DNA from: Dicyema japonicum
Taxonomy: Eukaryota; Animalia; Dicyemida
Length of the DNA stretch: 64,000 nt
Direction: 5' to 3'
Assembly (NCBI GenBank): GCA_011109175.1
Contig: RDEW01000002.1
Coordinates: 810,676-874,675 of the forward strand
Shown in pieces: positions 51,137-64,000 of the stretch. The position numbers and the translations under genes were made by a program. The notes under the pieces were generated by a model. The model was not told the DNA's origin and did no database searches. It was given only the letters and a program-made list of their open reading frames with translations. How positions within the stretch are numbered: the stretch's first letter is position 1; each line of letters starts with the position of its first letter.

Positions 51137-51199
51137 ACTCTAATAGGAAGAGAGAGGAGAGACAGACAAGCAAGCATAAACTTCAACCAATTAGCCACG

Positions 51200-51440
51200 A
51201 AGCACCACATGCGCCACGCGGCTAAGTGATTACCCTGTAGACTCTAAGCGTCAGGGTCGTCCCCGTCTTTTAATTGTTTCCCCACTCTCCGAAGGTCTCG
51301 ATCCAGCGTAACCGGGAGAGTACTTCTCGGGTGCCCCCTGAAACGAGGTCCGTCAGCTTCGAAATAGTCCTCCGTGACAGTATTTGCTGGTGCCTCCAAA
51401 TCCATGCTTATAATGTGTCCGAATAGTCTCACCTGCATGC
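51200..51440 (-). mobile_element. RTE-like 3' fragment
   Basis: RLFGHIISMDLEAPAN...FRGHPRSTLPVTLDRDL, paralogous to 5830-6018. Confidence 0.8.
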
Positions 51441-52222
51441 CGTTATTTCTTAATAAATGATTATTTATTTTTTTTTCAGATATTGTCTTTTGGAACATGT
51501 TTGAGAATCTATCAGTTAATTGCTGACACGAAATAGCATTATTTTCTTTATAACTAACAATTTGAGTTTTTTCATTAAAAGTACGCGATTAGCGTCCACA
51601 AAAGGAATTAGAAGACATGTGTTGATTAATATTTTATTTTTTTAAATTCGTATTAAAAATTAAATTAAAAATTAATAAGGAGAATAGGATTTTTTTAAAA
51701 AATGTTTCAAAATGTGGGCAATTTGCGAGGGTCGAGTGTATAACTTGACGAAAAGTAAAGTGACTTAGGACGCTTAGTCAAAGTCATCTCAAAAATACAT
51801 TCAAATGCTATGAAAATTTTAGCGTTTAATCAAGTGAAATAATATAGGATTATTGATTAATTTTCAATTTTTCGGATGAATCTATTCTAACAAGCACCAT
51901 CGGATTCATTAGCATTCGGGAGTTGTGTTGCTCTTTGGCTCGAGATACTGCTTCATTCGTTCCTCTTAGGATGTTAGTTTACTGGGAAAGAATTTTTGTA
52001 TAAGGATATTTTTTGAATAAATGCCATAGCCAATACCTATAGGATTTCCTTTGAATCAATCATTTTCGACAACACAAATAAAAATGGTTACGTTTGAATT
52101 ACAACTGAAAAATATGCAATTACAACCAAACTATAGCTTAAAAATTCATCAAAAGTAAACATGCGTGAAATTGATTTTTAATATGATTTAAATTATAAAA
52201 ATTGAACAACCGGACTGAAATA

Positions 52223-52780
52223 ATGGCATTTTTAATTACTATTTTTTTGGTGAAACTGGTTTCTGCTGACTGTAAGTTTCCGCATATATTTAGACTGTTA
52301 TAAAGGAACATGCTATTTATTGGTGAAAAGTACTTTAAACTACTCTGATTCTAAAATACACTGCGCAAAAATGAATATGGTGTTGGCGGATGTTCATAGT
52401 GAACAAATAAATGAATACCTCTACAACGAAATTGTTTCAAAATATCACAGTTATATCAGATTTGGGGTAAACGACTTAAAACAAGAAGGTCATTTTGTTA
52501 ATTCATATGGAGAAGATCAAGTTTTTTTTATTATAACTTTAAGAAATATTTTAATTGGAGCATACTTAAACAAATTAATTTAAATTGTTTGGCATAGAGG
52601 AAGACACGGTTAATTTTTCAAAAGGAAAACATGAATGGGACGACAATACTGCTAATTCAACAATGTGGTTTTTGTGCGAAACAAAACGTAAATTTTCAAT
52701 ATATTATTAGGAACCAAATTTGAAAATGATTTTAAATCGAAAGAAATTGTCAAATTAAAAACCACGGATGACTGCTAAAA
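52223..52780 (+). pseudogene. Secreted C-type lectin domain gene, disrupted
   Basis: Signal-like first exon and 22-23 nt introns; CYKGTCYLL...HCAKMNMVLADVHSEQINEYL...FGVNDLKQEGHF...YFNW...WDD...FLCE; a stop and frameshifts are present. Confidence 0.75.
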
Positions 52781-55700
52781 TTAATTCTAACATTTCTTTT
52801 ATTTACCACGTGGCATTTTTGTTTGATTAATATAACATTAATTCTTTACGTTCAAACTATGCAGTTATGATTGAAAAGCTAAACTCCTGTCAGAGACCAG
52901 ACAAGACCTGGAAAACTGAATTTTTTTCATTGAGACCACCTCCGATAATTTGGACTTTCCGAAACCACATTAGGATGTCGTCAGCAAGGAATTAAAAATG
53001 GAAGAAATACTGCAGGCGAACATTTACTTAGAATGGACCTTGAGAGCCCTGTCATCATAGTTACTTCATCTCGAATTCTTCGCATTTTCATGGTCGACAT
53101 TGAATCATCCAAACGGTAGTCTTGTATGAGGACCTCAGAGGGATTGGCGGACGTCTAAGAGATTGGGAAGACCTCGAGGGGTTGCTGAACAGATAAAAGT
53201 AGAAAAGATTAACTTGGTTTTTCGTGTTTGACATTCTTTATGACATCGCTAAGCATTAATAATAATTGAAAATTTAGAATTTGAATACTCTTACTAATTT
53301 TAATTTATTTTCTTCGTTGTAGAATCTCCTGAGTGAGTTAATTTAGGTTAAGTGGTCTAAATAATGTCATGTGACTCGCCGACGATGTTGTGGTATTTAA
53401 AGAAAAGGGCTACACTTTCCATCTCCATGAGATGAACTAACAAGGAAGACCTATGCCTATGTGAGAAGTCGATTCAAACCCTGGACCAACTAGAATAGTT
53501 CAACTGAATATAAATGGAATCAAGACCAAGATACTTGAACTAGATTTTTCTGATTATAATCCGACTGACTAGACGATCAGCTTCCTACAATCGACTGACT
53601 GTCTTGGTTTTCCTTTTTTGGGGTTAGATAATAATAATGAATTATGTCAGATTAAATTACATTAAATTTTGAGTAATTATTAAATAATAAATAATATATA
53701 AATTAAATTTTTAAACACAAATCGAAAACCGTTTAAATCAACATTTCTGGAAGTATTTCACAAACAGTACTGGAAACATTTACTTGCATCTAAATCAGTC
53801 TATTCCCTTCATAGTTTTGGGCATAACGACGATTTTAGTTCATTTTTATCAATTTTTTTCTGGTTTCAAAAGTAAATACATTTTCTGAGCTCAAACAATA
53901 ATAATCATTTCGCTGAACACATTAATACTATTTTCGTCTCCAAAAGTGCAGAAATAACAAAAATTCAAATTTCCGAAAATTAAGGTTGCCCATACCCGTG
54001 AGCTTAAATCTGATGACTTCTTTACACTCAATATCTCACGTACCTATAATTCCTTCAACTTCCCTCTGATTAACCAAATCCCCATATTTATGCCTCCGGA
54101 CAAATGCTTTTTTAATCTCCTCTTGAAGCTAAAACTAGTGACTTTGGCATCAATATTCGCACACTACGAATGGCCAACCACGACTAATCGACAGACAGAT
54201 GTCAATGTTTCAAGTAATTCTCCATCCAAGGGTTATTATGAATTGATAACTTCACTGTTAGTCATATCAAATGCATAATTTTGTCGAGGATGCAATTGAA
54301 GAGTATTTGAAGTGAGGGTATTTTCAGAGGTCATATTTTCAGATACCATATTTTAAAAATTACAACCGGCAAATAGTTTTTTTATGTTTTATAGATTATA
54401 AATTGTTTGAAAAAAACGAGTGAGATTCAATGTTTATTACTAACTTTCCAATATAATATTATTCGTAATATAATTCGTCCTCTTCAAAAGGGGGTATTTA
54501 TTTTCAAATTTTACGGATAATGTGGAATATTTACAAACTGTAATGTCAATCGTTCTACTAAAATTGATTGATTAATTGGCCTCGTTCAATAATTGAGTTT
54601 TCTTCACATAAAGGTTCAATTCTCATACATCATTTATTCTCCCTGCCATATTAATTGGTGACGGCGTTTGGTCATTCAATCCAACTCTCCTTTTTGATGA
54701 CTCCCTGATTTCTGACTGTTTTACTTAAAACTCGACAAAATCAGTATCATTTTAATCCCACCTTCCGTTTTTGAAGTTTCCCTAGATTTCCACGTCTGTT
54801 TTACTTAAAACTTGACAACTAATCAGTTTTTAAAGTAAAGCTTGAATGTTCTCAGATAATCTTTAATTGACTTACACACGTGAGTATGGTTTGGCCTCAG
54901 CCTAATAAACCAGAGGAAATCGTCCATTAAAGTGAATTCATTTTGGATATCAATATTCATTATGTCCTCTCCCTAAAAAGTATTGACTCCTTGACTCAAT
55001 GATTAAAAAATATGCTACATTTCAATTTTAACATTTGAGTAACTATGTAGTGATATTTAAGTCAAAAATGTCAAAACTACATGCTCACTAAAGAAAATAT
55101 TTCAAAGCAATAACTGTTACCATCCTTTCTCGAAGTGATTGTAAAGCAGGGACCAAAATACATGTTCACTAATGGAAATATTTCAAATCATAACAACATT
55201 TAAAACAGAGTCAATTGATCTTTATTTTGTGTCGAACATATTTTGAAAAATAAAGATTCAAATTCAGAAATCAGTTTTTGAAAGAGAAAATAATTTTTAA
55301 TGCAAGAAAACGAAAATTTTGACATAACATATCTTTGTCGACCATGTGAATAACATGTTCTAAATGTTCCTTGGTTGTTACTAAATTAAAACGAGGACCT
55401 TTACCTTCCTTGACATATGTGATGGTTCTGTTCTAGTTGACGGCACTGCAACCAACCATTGGAATCCCTCAAAACCATTCACCAAGTGTATAATGTCACT
55501 TTGATGTTGTCATGGCCGTAGTAATGTCAATCATGTCAATAAACATAATATTTTTATCGTAATCATTGAAACTACAAATTCTGTTCTTAGGATAATTAAG
55601 AAAATAAAACAGCCATCTGAGGGTTCCTTAAATATATACTCCCGATTTCTCTATGGGACATAAAAACAGATCAATCCAAGATTAATCAAAAGAATCACAA

Positions 55701-58700
55701 AAACACAAATATAAAAATTAAATTCTATCAAAAAAGAGGTACCACAGAGCGTCACTAAGATTAGAAGATTTTCAATTTATTTTAAACGACTTCTAGTTCA
55801 GTCTATAAATCATATATTTCTTCAGCGTACTAAAGGTATAATGTGTTAAACAGTAGATGACAGTTTTTTGATAAATATAAAAAAATTGAGTAAACATGTA
55901 AATTCAACAAATCAAATATATTGATAAATTGCAAATCACTTTTTCTATCACTGAGAGAAACAATATTCTACAGGTTCCACATCGCTGGACTGAAGCTACA
56001 AGCAGAATAAGATGATTGCACTGATCGTCATGACAAACAGAAAAAGAAAAACCTAAAATAAACATAAATTATTAAGATTCGAAGGAAAGTCAAGGTTAAT
56101 AATTATAATTCCCGAAATAATACAAGAAGTTACAAATGCCGCATTCCCATATTGCTAACCCGTCCTGTACTTCAAACATAAATTTAAGAAAAACCGTTCT
56201 TATACCATTATTCAAGAAGTTCCCCCTATTCTAAGGCCATTCTGATGTAAATATTTTTGCTAAAAGCATACCCAACATAGTAACATCAAAATATCCCCGA
56301 CATAATAACATCAAAAATTAAAATGGAATTTCTAAAATTTGATAGTTTCCATACCCAGTAAAGCTACCAGTAACAGAATAGTCACTTTAAAATTCAAAAA
56401 ATCTTAAGCATTATTCTACAACGATTCCTTTTGATATTTTATAATTTTATAATTTACGCTGTTTCCAATCCAACCGGATTCCTGTTAAAGATTTCTCGAA
56501 TTCAATTTGCCAATATTTCTCGTTAAATTTTGACCAAATAAATATAATTTTAACATTTTTTGTGTTTCCTTTCCTTTGTAGATGTAAGTAATTACAAAGA
56601 TCCATAACCATCTATTAGTTTCTCAGAAAAAACGATGTAATGAATATCTCCAACGAGTCCTAGTTTGACGCTTGGACTCTTCAATGTTACACCCTCCTTC
56701 TTATTAAGTCTCGTCCATCTATCAAATGGGAAACTTTGCTTTATCCGAAAAACTTTAATTTTCTTCTCAAATTCATATTAGGTTTAATTTGAGCATTTTA
56801 TAGTGGCTAGATACGATTTTTGATGCAAAAAACGACTAACTTTAGTCAGAGACAGGGACGTCTGGCTACACTCAAATGACTTCTATGAATCTCAGAAGCT
56901 CCTCTAGTTGATTTTCGTTGCTATTGTGTAAGGAAATTGTGCCAGTGGGGATCGATATTTCGAATTAAAAAACTAGACTTATACGCAGAGCCATATTAGC
57001 TATTGTTTAGTCAGGCAAAACACACACTTTATTTAAGTAAAGAATAGTCATTATAACTAATTGTAGAGGGTGAACCAAGGAATGCTCTTCACTTCTTTTA
57101 TTGTTGTTGGGTGTATGTCCTTTATAGACGATCCGGTACCGTAGTGAGATGTTCAATAATGACGGCGTCACTGGAACCTTCAACCGAAATTTACAGCACC
57201 GGGAATCGAACTTATAGAATCTTCTTCTAGACTGAGTCAAAAGCTATGTATGTCAATCGAGCAAAGCACTTTTTAAAGTGTCTCGGCTTGATTGTGAATC
57301 CGACTCGAATGTAGTCGGTCAATGTTTGTAGGTATGAAGATGTGGATCTCTCATTTTTCAGGTTAATCGAATAATCGAATAGTTTGAAGTTTGAAACCGA
57401 CGTTAGAAAAGTGACTCCCCCGTCTCCAAGATTTTTTAATAAAACAAAATCACTAGGCCTCAACTTATTATTTAATTTAATATTCATTTATTATTAAAAT
57501 CATTTTTAACATGGCGAACCCTGTATCACATTAGCGCATTATTCAGAGCGTGGTTGCCACGTTGTTTTGGTTGGATCTTGTTCTGTGTGATTTTTCTGTA
57601 GTATTTCTTCATTATTGTATATATACTGGTGGATTTATCAAATGGTGTCGAATGCTGTTATCAAAGTGTATTATATATGTATTTTGGTAATTCTTAATTA
57701 TGGATTATTCTCCAATATTTGATTTGTCTCAAACAGATGATTTTATTTTCACATATTTAATATCCATTTTGTAAATTTTTTTCCTCCACAGTGGGCTTGA
57801 GGGTTTTCTCTGGGAATGTTTGGACTTTTTTGAAGCACATCGCCGGGGGTCGATAATGACCCCGGGGTAGTAATGTATACTACTAAACCTCCACTTTTAT
57901 ATGACACATTTATTATATATATAATTTTTTCTCTATTTTTTGCGATCTCTGGCTGGACATTTAATATTTTAATATCATTGTCGGACTATGCCGTTACATT
58001 TTCGAAAAGATATTGGGATTCAACGTGCATTGAATAGGATTTGCTCATCAAAATTGGAAACTCTTTCGTTGCGATTTGAGATTATCGGACAATTCTATAT
58101 AATTTTAGTTTCTTCATTTTGAATTATTATTTACTTGAATCACAATTATTTTATGACTCAATCTGTCATTCAGATATTCTCTAACACGATAAACAAAAGC
58201 ATCAATTTATTTGTTTAACGCAGGTCTTTGTATTATTATTGTCTCATGGGTTAAAGGAAAAGAGAATACAGTTGAGTTGGGATCCGATTGTTCGGTCTTG
58301 GACTATCCCACATTCTGCAATATTTTTAATGAGATTAGAAAATTTCATAATTTTAACTGAGAAAAATGTATCTTTGATAAATTTCCTCTGTCGGCTTTTC
58401 AAAGAATATTTGATACACCGATTTTCTGAGACGTTTCTTTGTATAATGTTCATTAATGATTATAAAATGTGTGGATTTAATCTGACGATACTTTTCATGA
58501 CGATTTGTACAACCAACGTCCTTCGACATCTTCTAAATTATTCATCAGCATACTGATTAATGTTTTTACGTACAAACGACACAACGTGCAATACAAGATT
58601 TTATTTGAGTATTTTTTTAATATATTTAGAAACCCTAGATCACCACCGTTATTATAGGCAATATGCGTAAAACCATAATAGTTATCGTTTCACACGTGTA

Positions 58701-59255
58701 GCAATCACGCAGGCCTTTAATTTAACTCTTTCTTAACGTGGGAGTTGAAATTCAACAGTCTGTCGAACATTAATCCAAGAATTCAGGGAGACCTTGTTAC
58801 TGGTATTGGAAAGGACCAATTAAAATTCTTTGATCTTAATGAGACCGTCTGATTGAATCTTTCAAAAATTCCTCGACTCTCCGGTTTGTTCGGCCTTCCA
58901 TGGATTTGAGTTGTTGAATTCATCACATAACTTATTATTATAGGCAACTATCGTAGAAGTATAATTGTTATATTTCTACACGTGCGCGATTTTTCGGCGA
59001 TTTTTCGGATCAATCTCGTCCTCTTTCCTGGTTTTAGTATTGGCCGTATTATTGCCTGTTTCCATAATAATGATATCACATTCTGGTTAATTGAATAGTT
59101 GAAAACCGACGTAGAAAAGTGACTCCCCGTGCCTTTTTTGCGGAATTTTCGATAATAATATATTCAATAATAATAAATTTTTTTAATTTTTAAATTTATT
59201 GAAACACAAATATTAAATATATATAATTTCAAATAAATTGTAAATACGCGTTGAT

Positions 59256-60110
59256 ATGGTTCGCATGTTTATACTTTATTCTTAAAGGGTGTTAAAGGAT
59301 TAAAGAGACATTTGAAACAAGTAAATGCTCCCAAAAAGTTTGCCCTAAGTCTCACAAACAGCGAGAGTGTATTCCGATGGCATTGATACCACGAGAGTAC
59401 TTCAAATTTGCCCTTAACTATCAGGAGACAAAGAAAATAGCCAAAAGAAGGATCGTAATGGTCGACAGGAAAATCATAACGCATCATCGCTTTCCGATCG
59501 GCCTAATGAGTAAGCTTAGTTCTCTATGGAAGACGTGATCTTCCTCTCCAAGGTGAACAAGCACTACAGGATGCTCCACGATGCCAAGGGAAGATTCAAG
59601 CCGACTCCTATGGAGAAGCCGTGGTTGAGGTATAAAAAGATTTCATGTCCCCAGGTGAAGCTCTGCAAGGTTAAGAAAACTGTACACACGTGACAGTCGG
59701 ACAATCCGCTTTCAAATCCCGCAGTAAAGGCTAACGACAATATAATGTTCCATTTGTCCACTGGGGAAATTAGGGACCACATAACCATGGACAAAGGCTG
59801 GAGTTATTCCTCATCTCTAGGCAATCTGTGCATCATAACCGGGGGACGTAACTTTGGTATAGTTAGGGTGGTCAACAAGATTGAAAGACACCCTGGTGTG
59901 TATGACATTGTGTACGTGGAAGATCAGGCTCACAACAAGTTTTGTACTCGGTTTGGTGTTTGAATGAATTTAGGATGCAAAATATATTTATTATTGGACA
60001 GGGGAATACTTCATGGATTTCGTTTACCACTGATAAGGACATTAACCTATGGCTGACAGAGAACATAGACTGAATCAAAATGCCAAGATAAAGGAACTGT
60101 TATGGATTGA
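59256..60110 (+). pseudogene. RPS4: 40S ribosomal protein S4 unprocessed pseudogene
   Basis: KRHLKQVNAPK, HKQRECIP, KLCKVKK, GNLCIITGGRNFG...IERHPGVYDIVYVED, NIFIIG...WISL; short introns retained; two internal deletions and frameshifts. Confidence 0.9.
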
Positions 60111-60384
60111 ATAGTCTGACTCGTTTTTTATTTATTGATACATTCTCTTTTTGTTGATAGTTGTGCTTTGAGAGGCCAGCGCAAAGGAACCTTAAGTTTC
60201 CCTAATTATTAGTGAATCCGTTTTACTTCTTTATGGATATTATCGACGTCTCCTCGTTGTTTTTAAAGAGGTATAAATTCTATTAGTTACACAGAGACAA
60301 ATCCAAATGTAGAAGACCTGAAGTAGCTCACTAAAAATGTACTTCCACACCTTATCTTTGACGGTACTTGATTTAAACCTGAAT

Positions 60385-60570
60385 GGATACTACAATGAAC
60401 AAATGGTCAAACAGCGTCCCCCTGACTGCGTGGCTATTCCCTCTCAGGATGGAGAGCGACATTCGCTCAAATAACCAGCAGAGCTCACGGGGATCGCCTA
60501 TCCGTGCAGAAATCCAATTCCCTAGACGACTCAAGGATTCCAGCGTCGCAGACTTAAGGGAACCAGACAC
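60385..60570 (-). mobile_element. CRE-like 3' fragment
   Basis: PRELCWLFERMSLSILRGNSHAV, paralogous to 10131-10260. Confidence 0.75.
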
Positions 60571-61059
60571 TGATTATTTGGAGAAAATTGGAATTACAGT
60601 CATTGATAACACATGCATACTGAAAGTCCCCTTACTAAATTCGGAAAGCCACGATATTCAGGGATTTAATTGGAGAATTCATCAAAAACATATTGGGCGA
60701 TAGACTTTAAATGAGCGATCAAAGGTATAACTGGGAGATAGTCATATTATTAGCAACATACAATTAACCTAAGATATTATATTTCATCTTCGGACAGATT
60801 ATCTTTCACGTTCTCTCTCAAAATGTCTTTATACTCCATAATCCCCGATGTTATAATGAACATTGACTAAATGGAAAACTCAGAGATATTTCATGCATGA
60901 ATTACCGGAAATTAAAAAACGCCTGATTTCGATTGAGTCAACTCATCCTCACCAAAGTCAATGGAGCTTCGAAAGAGACTATTATCGTTACCGTCAGGGG
61001 CAACATTATTAATACCTGAATGAGCAATAATAAACAAAAATAACTTAAATAATAAAATA

Positions 61060-62804
61060 ACCTCTCAAGACCTCTTTGAACCTTCAACCTTGACTTCCTG
61101 AAAGCCAAATAAATAAACCCAGGCTTTGTGATCAACAATGAAGGTCTTTGAGCTATTTTTTCAGATAATGAATCATAGGATGATAACCACGTTTACTTTG
61201 AGTATATTTTAGTAGCCAAAGGAATCACGTTTTTACAGAGTTCCTCGATGTTCTGCTCCTTTTGGGACAAGTCGAGACGAGTCTGAGTAATGGAAACGAC
61301 GCGAGTTGAGTTTGCTAACTTTTAGACCACAGGATGAGGGGAGGGAAACAAAAACTATATTTTTGAATTACTAAGTTTGTTGTGATTTGGCGGATCTCAG
61401 TTGAACGATGTGAAGTTAATCGATGTTTTTTCCCGCTAATTTCGTTCGCCGAGTAGACCCATGAGTGCTGAACGTCAAAGGTTATTACAAGAATTTTGAC
61501 TGTGCTCTTGCATGAGATTTCTTTTACAATCAGGACCAGTCCAATAGTTAGCCAATCAAAAACTATTGTCTGTACTCGTGGTCATTGAATTATTGTTTAA
61601 TCATTCATTCTGGTGGTCGTGCATATGCTACAATTGTTCGGTAGCTCTCAGAACGCTTTTTCCTTTGTATGCTGAGATGACATCGTCCGTAAGAGAGAGA
61701 TAATGTTTTCGCTTCGGTATTGATTGGTAGATCATACAGGAAGATTAAACAGTTACGGTGACAAGGGGATATTGCTATGCTTCTGTTACCACTCTTCGTC
61801 CTGTTAGAAAATTTGCGAGTCATCGTTTAAATTCCTTGGGGATTAGGGACCATAGATCTTTCGAATCAAGATTTTTCTGGGTATTGAGTCAAAAGCCTTG
61901 TGAATATCAATAGAGCAAATCAGAGTTTTGTGTCACTAGGCTTTGAGAAAGTGATTAGATGTCGACAACATCTTGGCTTAGGTACATTGGTCTGTGCCAA
62001 GGAGGAAACTCTTTTGGCTTCCCATGGAAGTGTGTTAATTTTCATGTTGTGGAAGTTGTTTCGATTGATCGAGAGGTTATATAACTGAGTTAGAGCTATG
62101 AGGGCACAATTTCTTCACGACAGTTGCTAGAATTCCATCTGGTCTAGTGAAGTAAATTTTTTCTGTGTTTTAATGGCATTTTAATCTTGTGGGTGAGAAA
62201 GTGATTAGGTTGAGACATCATCTTGGTTTCAGGCAAGACGGTCGAATGAGTTAGTAGAGGACTGGGATGTCCTTTTGTGGATGTATTGTTTAATGGCCAC
62301 ATATGGTTTTACTAAAAGGTTTCACTGCATTATCAAGTGATTTGTAACTTTCTGCGCCTAAGACCGTGGGGATGCTAAAGTTAAGTCTGGTGAGGTAACA
62401 TTGTCATTAGCTCTGCAAGGTGTTCTTGTATTTCTTCGGTAGTCAGTAATGATCATAGGTTTTCCTGTGATCAGAGTATAGACAGGTGCCGTAGTTTTTT
62501 TAAACCAGGTCGATGGACTCCATTCGTCATTATTAAAATTCCAAGGTATTCTAATGGGGATGAGAACTCGTGATGGCAAGGGGTCGTCATGTGAAAAATT
62601 AAGAGTCAATTACTTTTCCTTCCACTCCGTTGACATTCAGTTAAATAATAGAGATAGATTTTGATAGTCGGATTTGGTTTGACGTCACAAGACATGATCA
62701 GTAAGGTTTTCACCAGGTTAGGTCAATAGCAGCAACAAAAGAGTATTACTGTGAAGTTAAGTCCACTGTTGACTTTAGCAGAAACAGTGAACCACATGAC
62801 CCCC
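61060..62804 (-). mobile_element. Ingi/Vingi-like LINE remnant with partial 5' ribozyme motif and decayed 2A-like motif
   Basis: 5' GGGGGTCATGTGGTTCAC matches the start of 15272; LLIMSCDVKPNPT at about 62667-62704; APE motif TSPDLTLAS; RT motif VIPKEF...TRKFSNR. Confidence 0.6.
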
Positions 62805-62954
62805 GCTAAATTCCAATTAGTAAATTATTGTGAGTAAATAATGAGAAATTATAATTCATTAATTATTTATAAAATTATATTAAATATTTATTTATTTGAT
62901 TAAATTAATAAATTATTTTCAAAATAAAGTATAATTCTTTTGTGGTCACTACTT

Positions 62955-63417
62955 ATGTTACAATTAACCACTTTTGATGTGTTCCAAGCAATTTGTTCTA
63001 CAAATCCAAACACCTGCCAACTCAAACCCCTTATAATAAAGATTGAGGAAATGATAAAAGAACGTTTACCTTATCTTTCCCTGGTAAACCGTTGGTGTAG
63101 ACTCTCTGGGTGTTCCATTCCATAAAAAATTGGAATTGATACTCGAAAATGTTGAGTCTGAGCATTTAAATTCAGTCAATGGTCGTCTGCTTATGCTTAT
63201 GGTGTTCAGTCGGTCACTGGCTAGTGCTCATCCTAATAATGTAAATGATATTGTGAATGTGTTTGCATCTCATTTTGATTGCAATGAGGAATATGTTAAT
63301 AATGTTGAGTCAAAGGGGGGTTGGCTTAGATTTCTAAAAGGTGCAGGACTTTGTACTGAAAATGAATCAATGTTCTCATATTATATGAGGTGGCTTGGGT
63401 CTGTATTTAGAATTTAA
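62955..63417 (+). pseudogene. Second Bcl-2-like copy with a single +1 frameshift near 63092
   Basis: Colinear with 21773-22237 (QLTTFDVFQAI...NGRLLMLMVFSRSL...VESKGGWLRF...YMRWLGSVFRI); removing one T in CCGTTGGT restores the ORF. Confidence 0.8.
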
Positions 63418-63466
63418 TTTATTTTAATAAATTTTTATTATATTTTGATTTTGTTAAGGATTTTAT

Positions 63467-63875
63467 TAAGTTTGCTATTTTTAATTAAGTGTCTTTGTGA
63501 CGTCATAGATTGCGGTTTTACCGTAACTGCGGTTTTATCGACTATTTTTTGATGTACATAGCTTATTAATTTAAACTTATTTAAAAGGAAACATCAACCC
63601 AGGGTCATACAGTAGCCGCCCTGAGTGGGTGTTGCAACAACCAAATTAATAATAATAAAGCCTTTTCACGAGAGCCATATTATTTATAGCTCCGCATAGG
63701 CAAGACACACACTTTATTTTAGTAAAGAACAGTTAATTTTAACTAATCGGTTTATTATCATTATTAAATTTGCTATTTTTAAGTAAGTGTCTTTGTGACG
63801 TCATAGATTGCGGTTTTGCCGTAACTGCGGTTTTATCGAGTATTCTTTGATGTACATAGCTTATTAAATTTTAAC
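63467..63875. repeat. ~105-bp direct repeat flanking a LINE 3' fragment
   Basis: TTTGCTATTTTTAA...GTGTCTTTGTGACGTCATAGATTGCGG...GATGTACATAGCTTATTAA at about 63470-63570 and 63770-63870. Confidence 0.85.
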
Positions 63876-64000
63876 GCTTACTAGCACAAATAAGTAGATC
63901 CGAATATCGTGAGAACACCAAATGAGCACTTTTTCAATTCATTTTGGAAGGTGATTGCTTGATATGATGCCAAAAGTCTCACTCCATTGAGGTTGAAAAA

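Noticed and set aside
57790-58560. piggyBac-like subterminal GGGGTC...GACCCC motif and coding remnant
   Set aside because: No TTAA-bounded paired TIRs or clear catalytic motifs.
1-64000. tRNA, rRNA, snRNA or spliced-leader RNA genes
   Set aside because: None recognised by eye; a tRNAscan-SE or Infernal run would be needed to exclude them.

Overview
This is AT-rich animal nuclear DNA, not prokaryotic. Genes are split by very short spliceosomal introns, mostly 21-27 nt, at positions I recall as conserved with vertebrate genes. That architecture is known from dicyemid mesozoans, so such a host is likely, but this is inference. Recognisable genes are CPOX (+), a Yae1/Lto1-like gene (+), an intronless divergent Bcl-2 homologue (-) with a second frameshifted copy (+), OGT (+) and PCCB (-). 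There are intron-retaining, internally deleted pseudogenes of MSH4, RPS4, a monothiol glutaredoxin (two copies), C-type lectins and a cadherin. Most of the rest is decayed transposons: CRE, R4/NeSL-like, RTE, Ingi/Vingi-like and other APE LINEs, Penelope-like, pogo/Tigger, hAT with a nested Tc1-like element, and Ginger. The two strongest observations are: (1) a dispersed family of HDV-topology pseudoknot RNAs with compensatory base changes, which marks the 5' end of a 2A-encoding LINE and of ~155-230 bp non-autonomous elements, one with a perfect 8-bp TSD abutting the predicted cleavage site; and (2) a 152-nt OGT intron that escaped miniaturisation at the position of the regulated, detained vertebrate OGT intron 4. 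Several single-base frameshifts lie in homopolymers and may be assembly errors. Protein and family calls come from motif recognition by eye; no searches were run.
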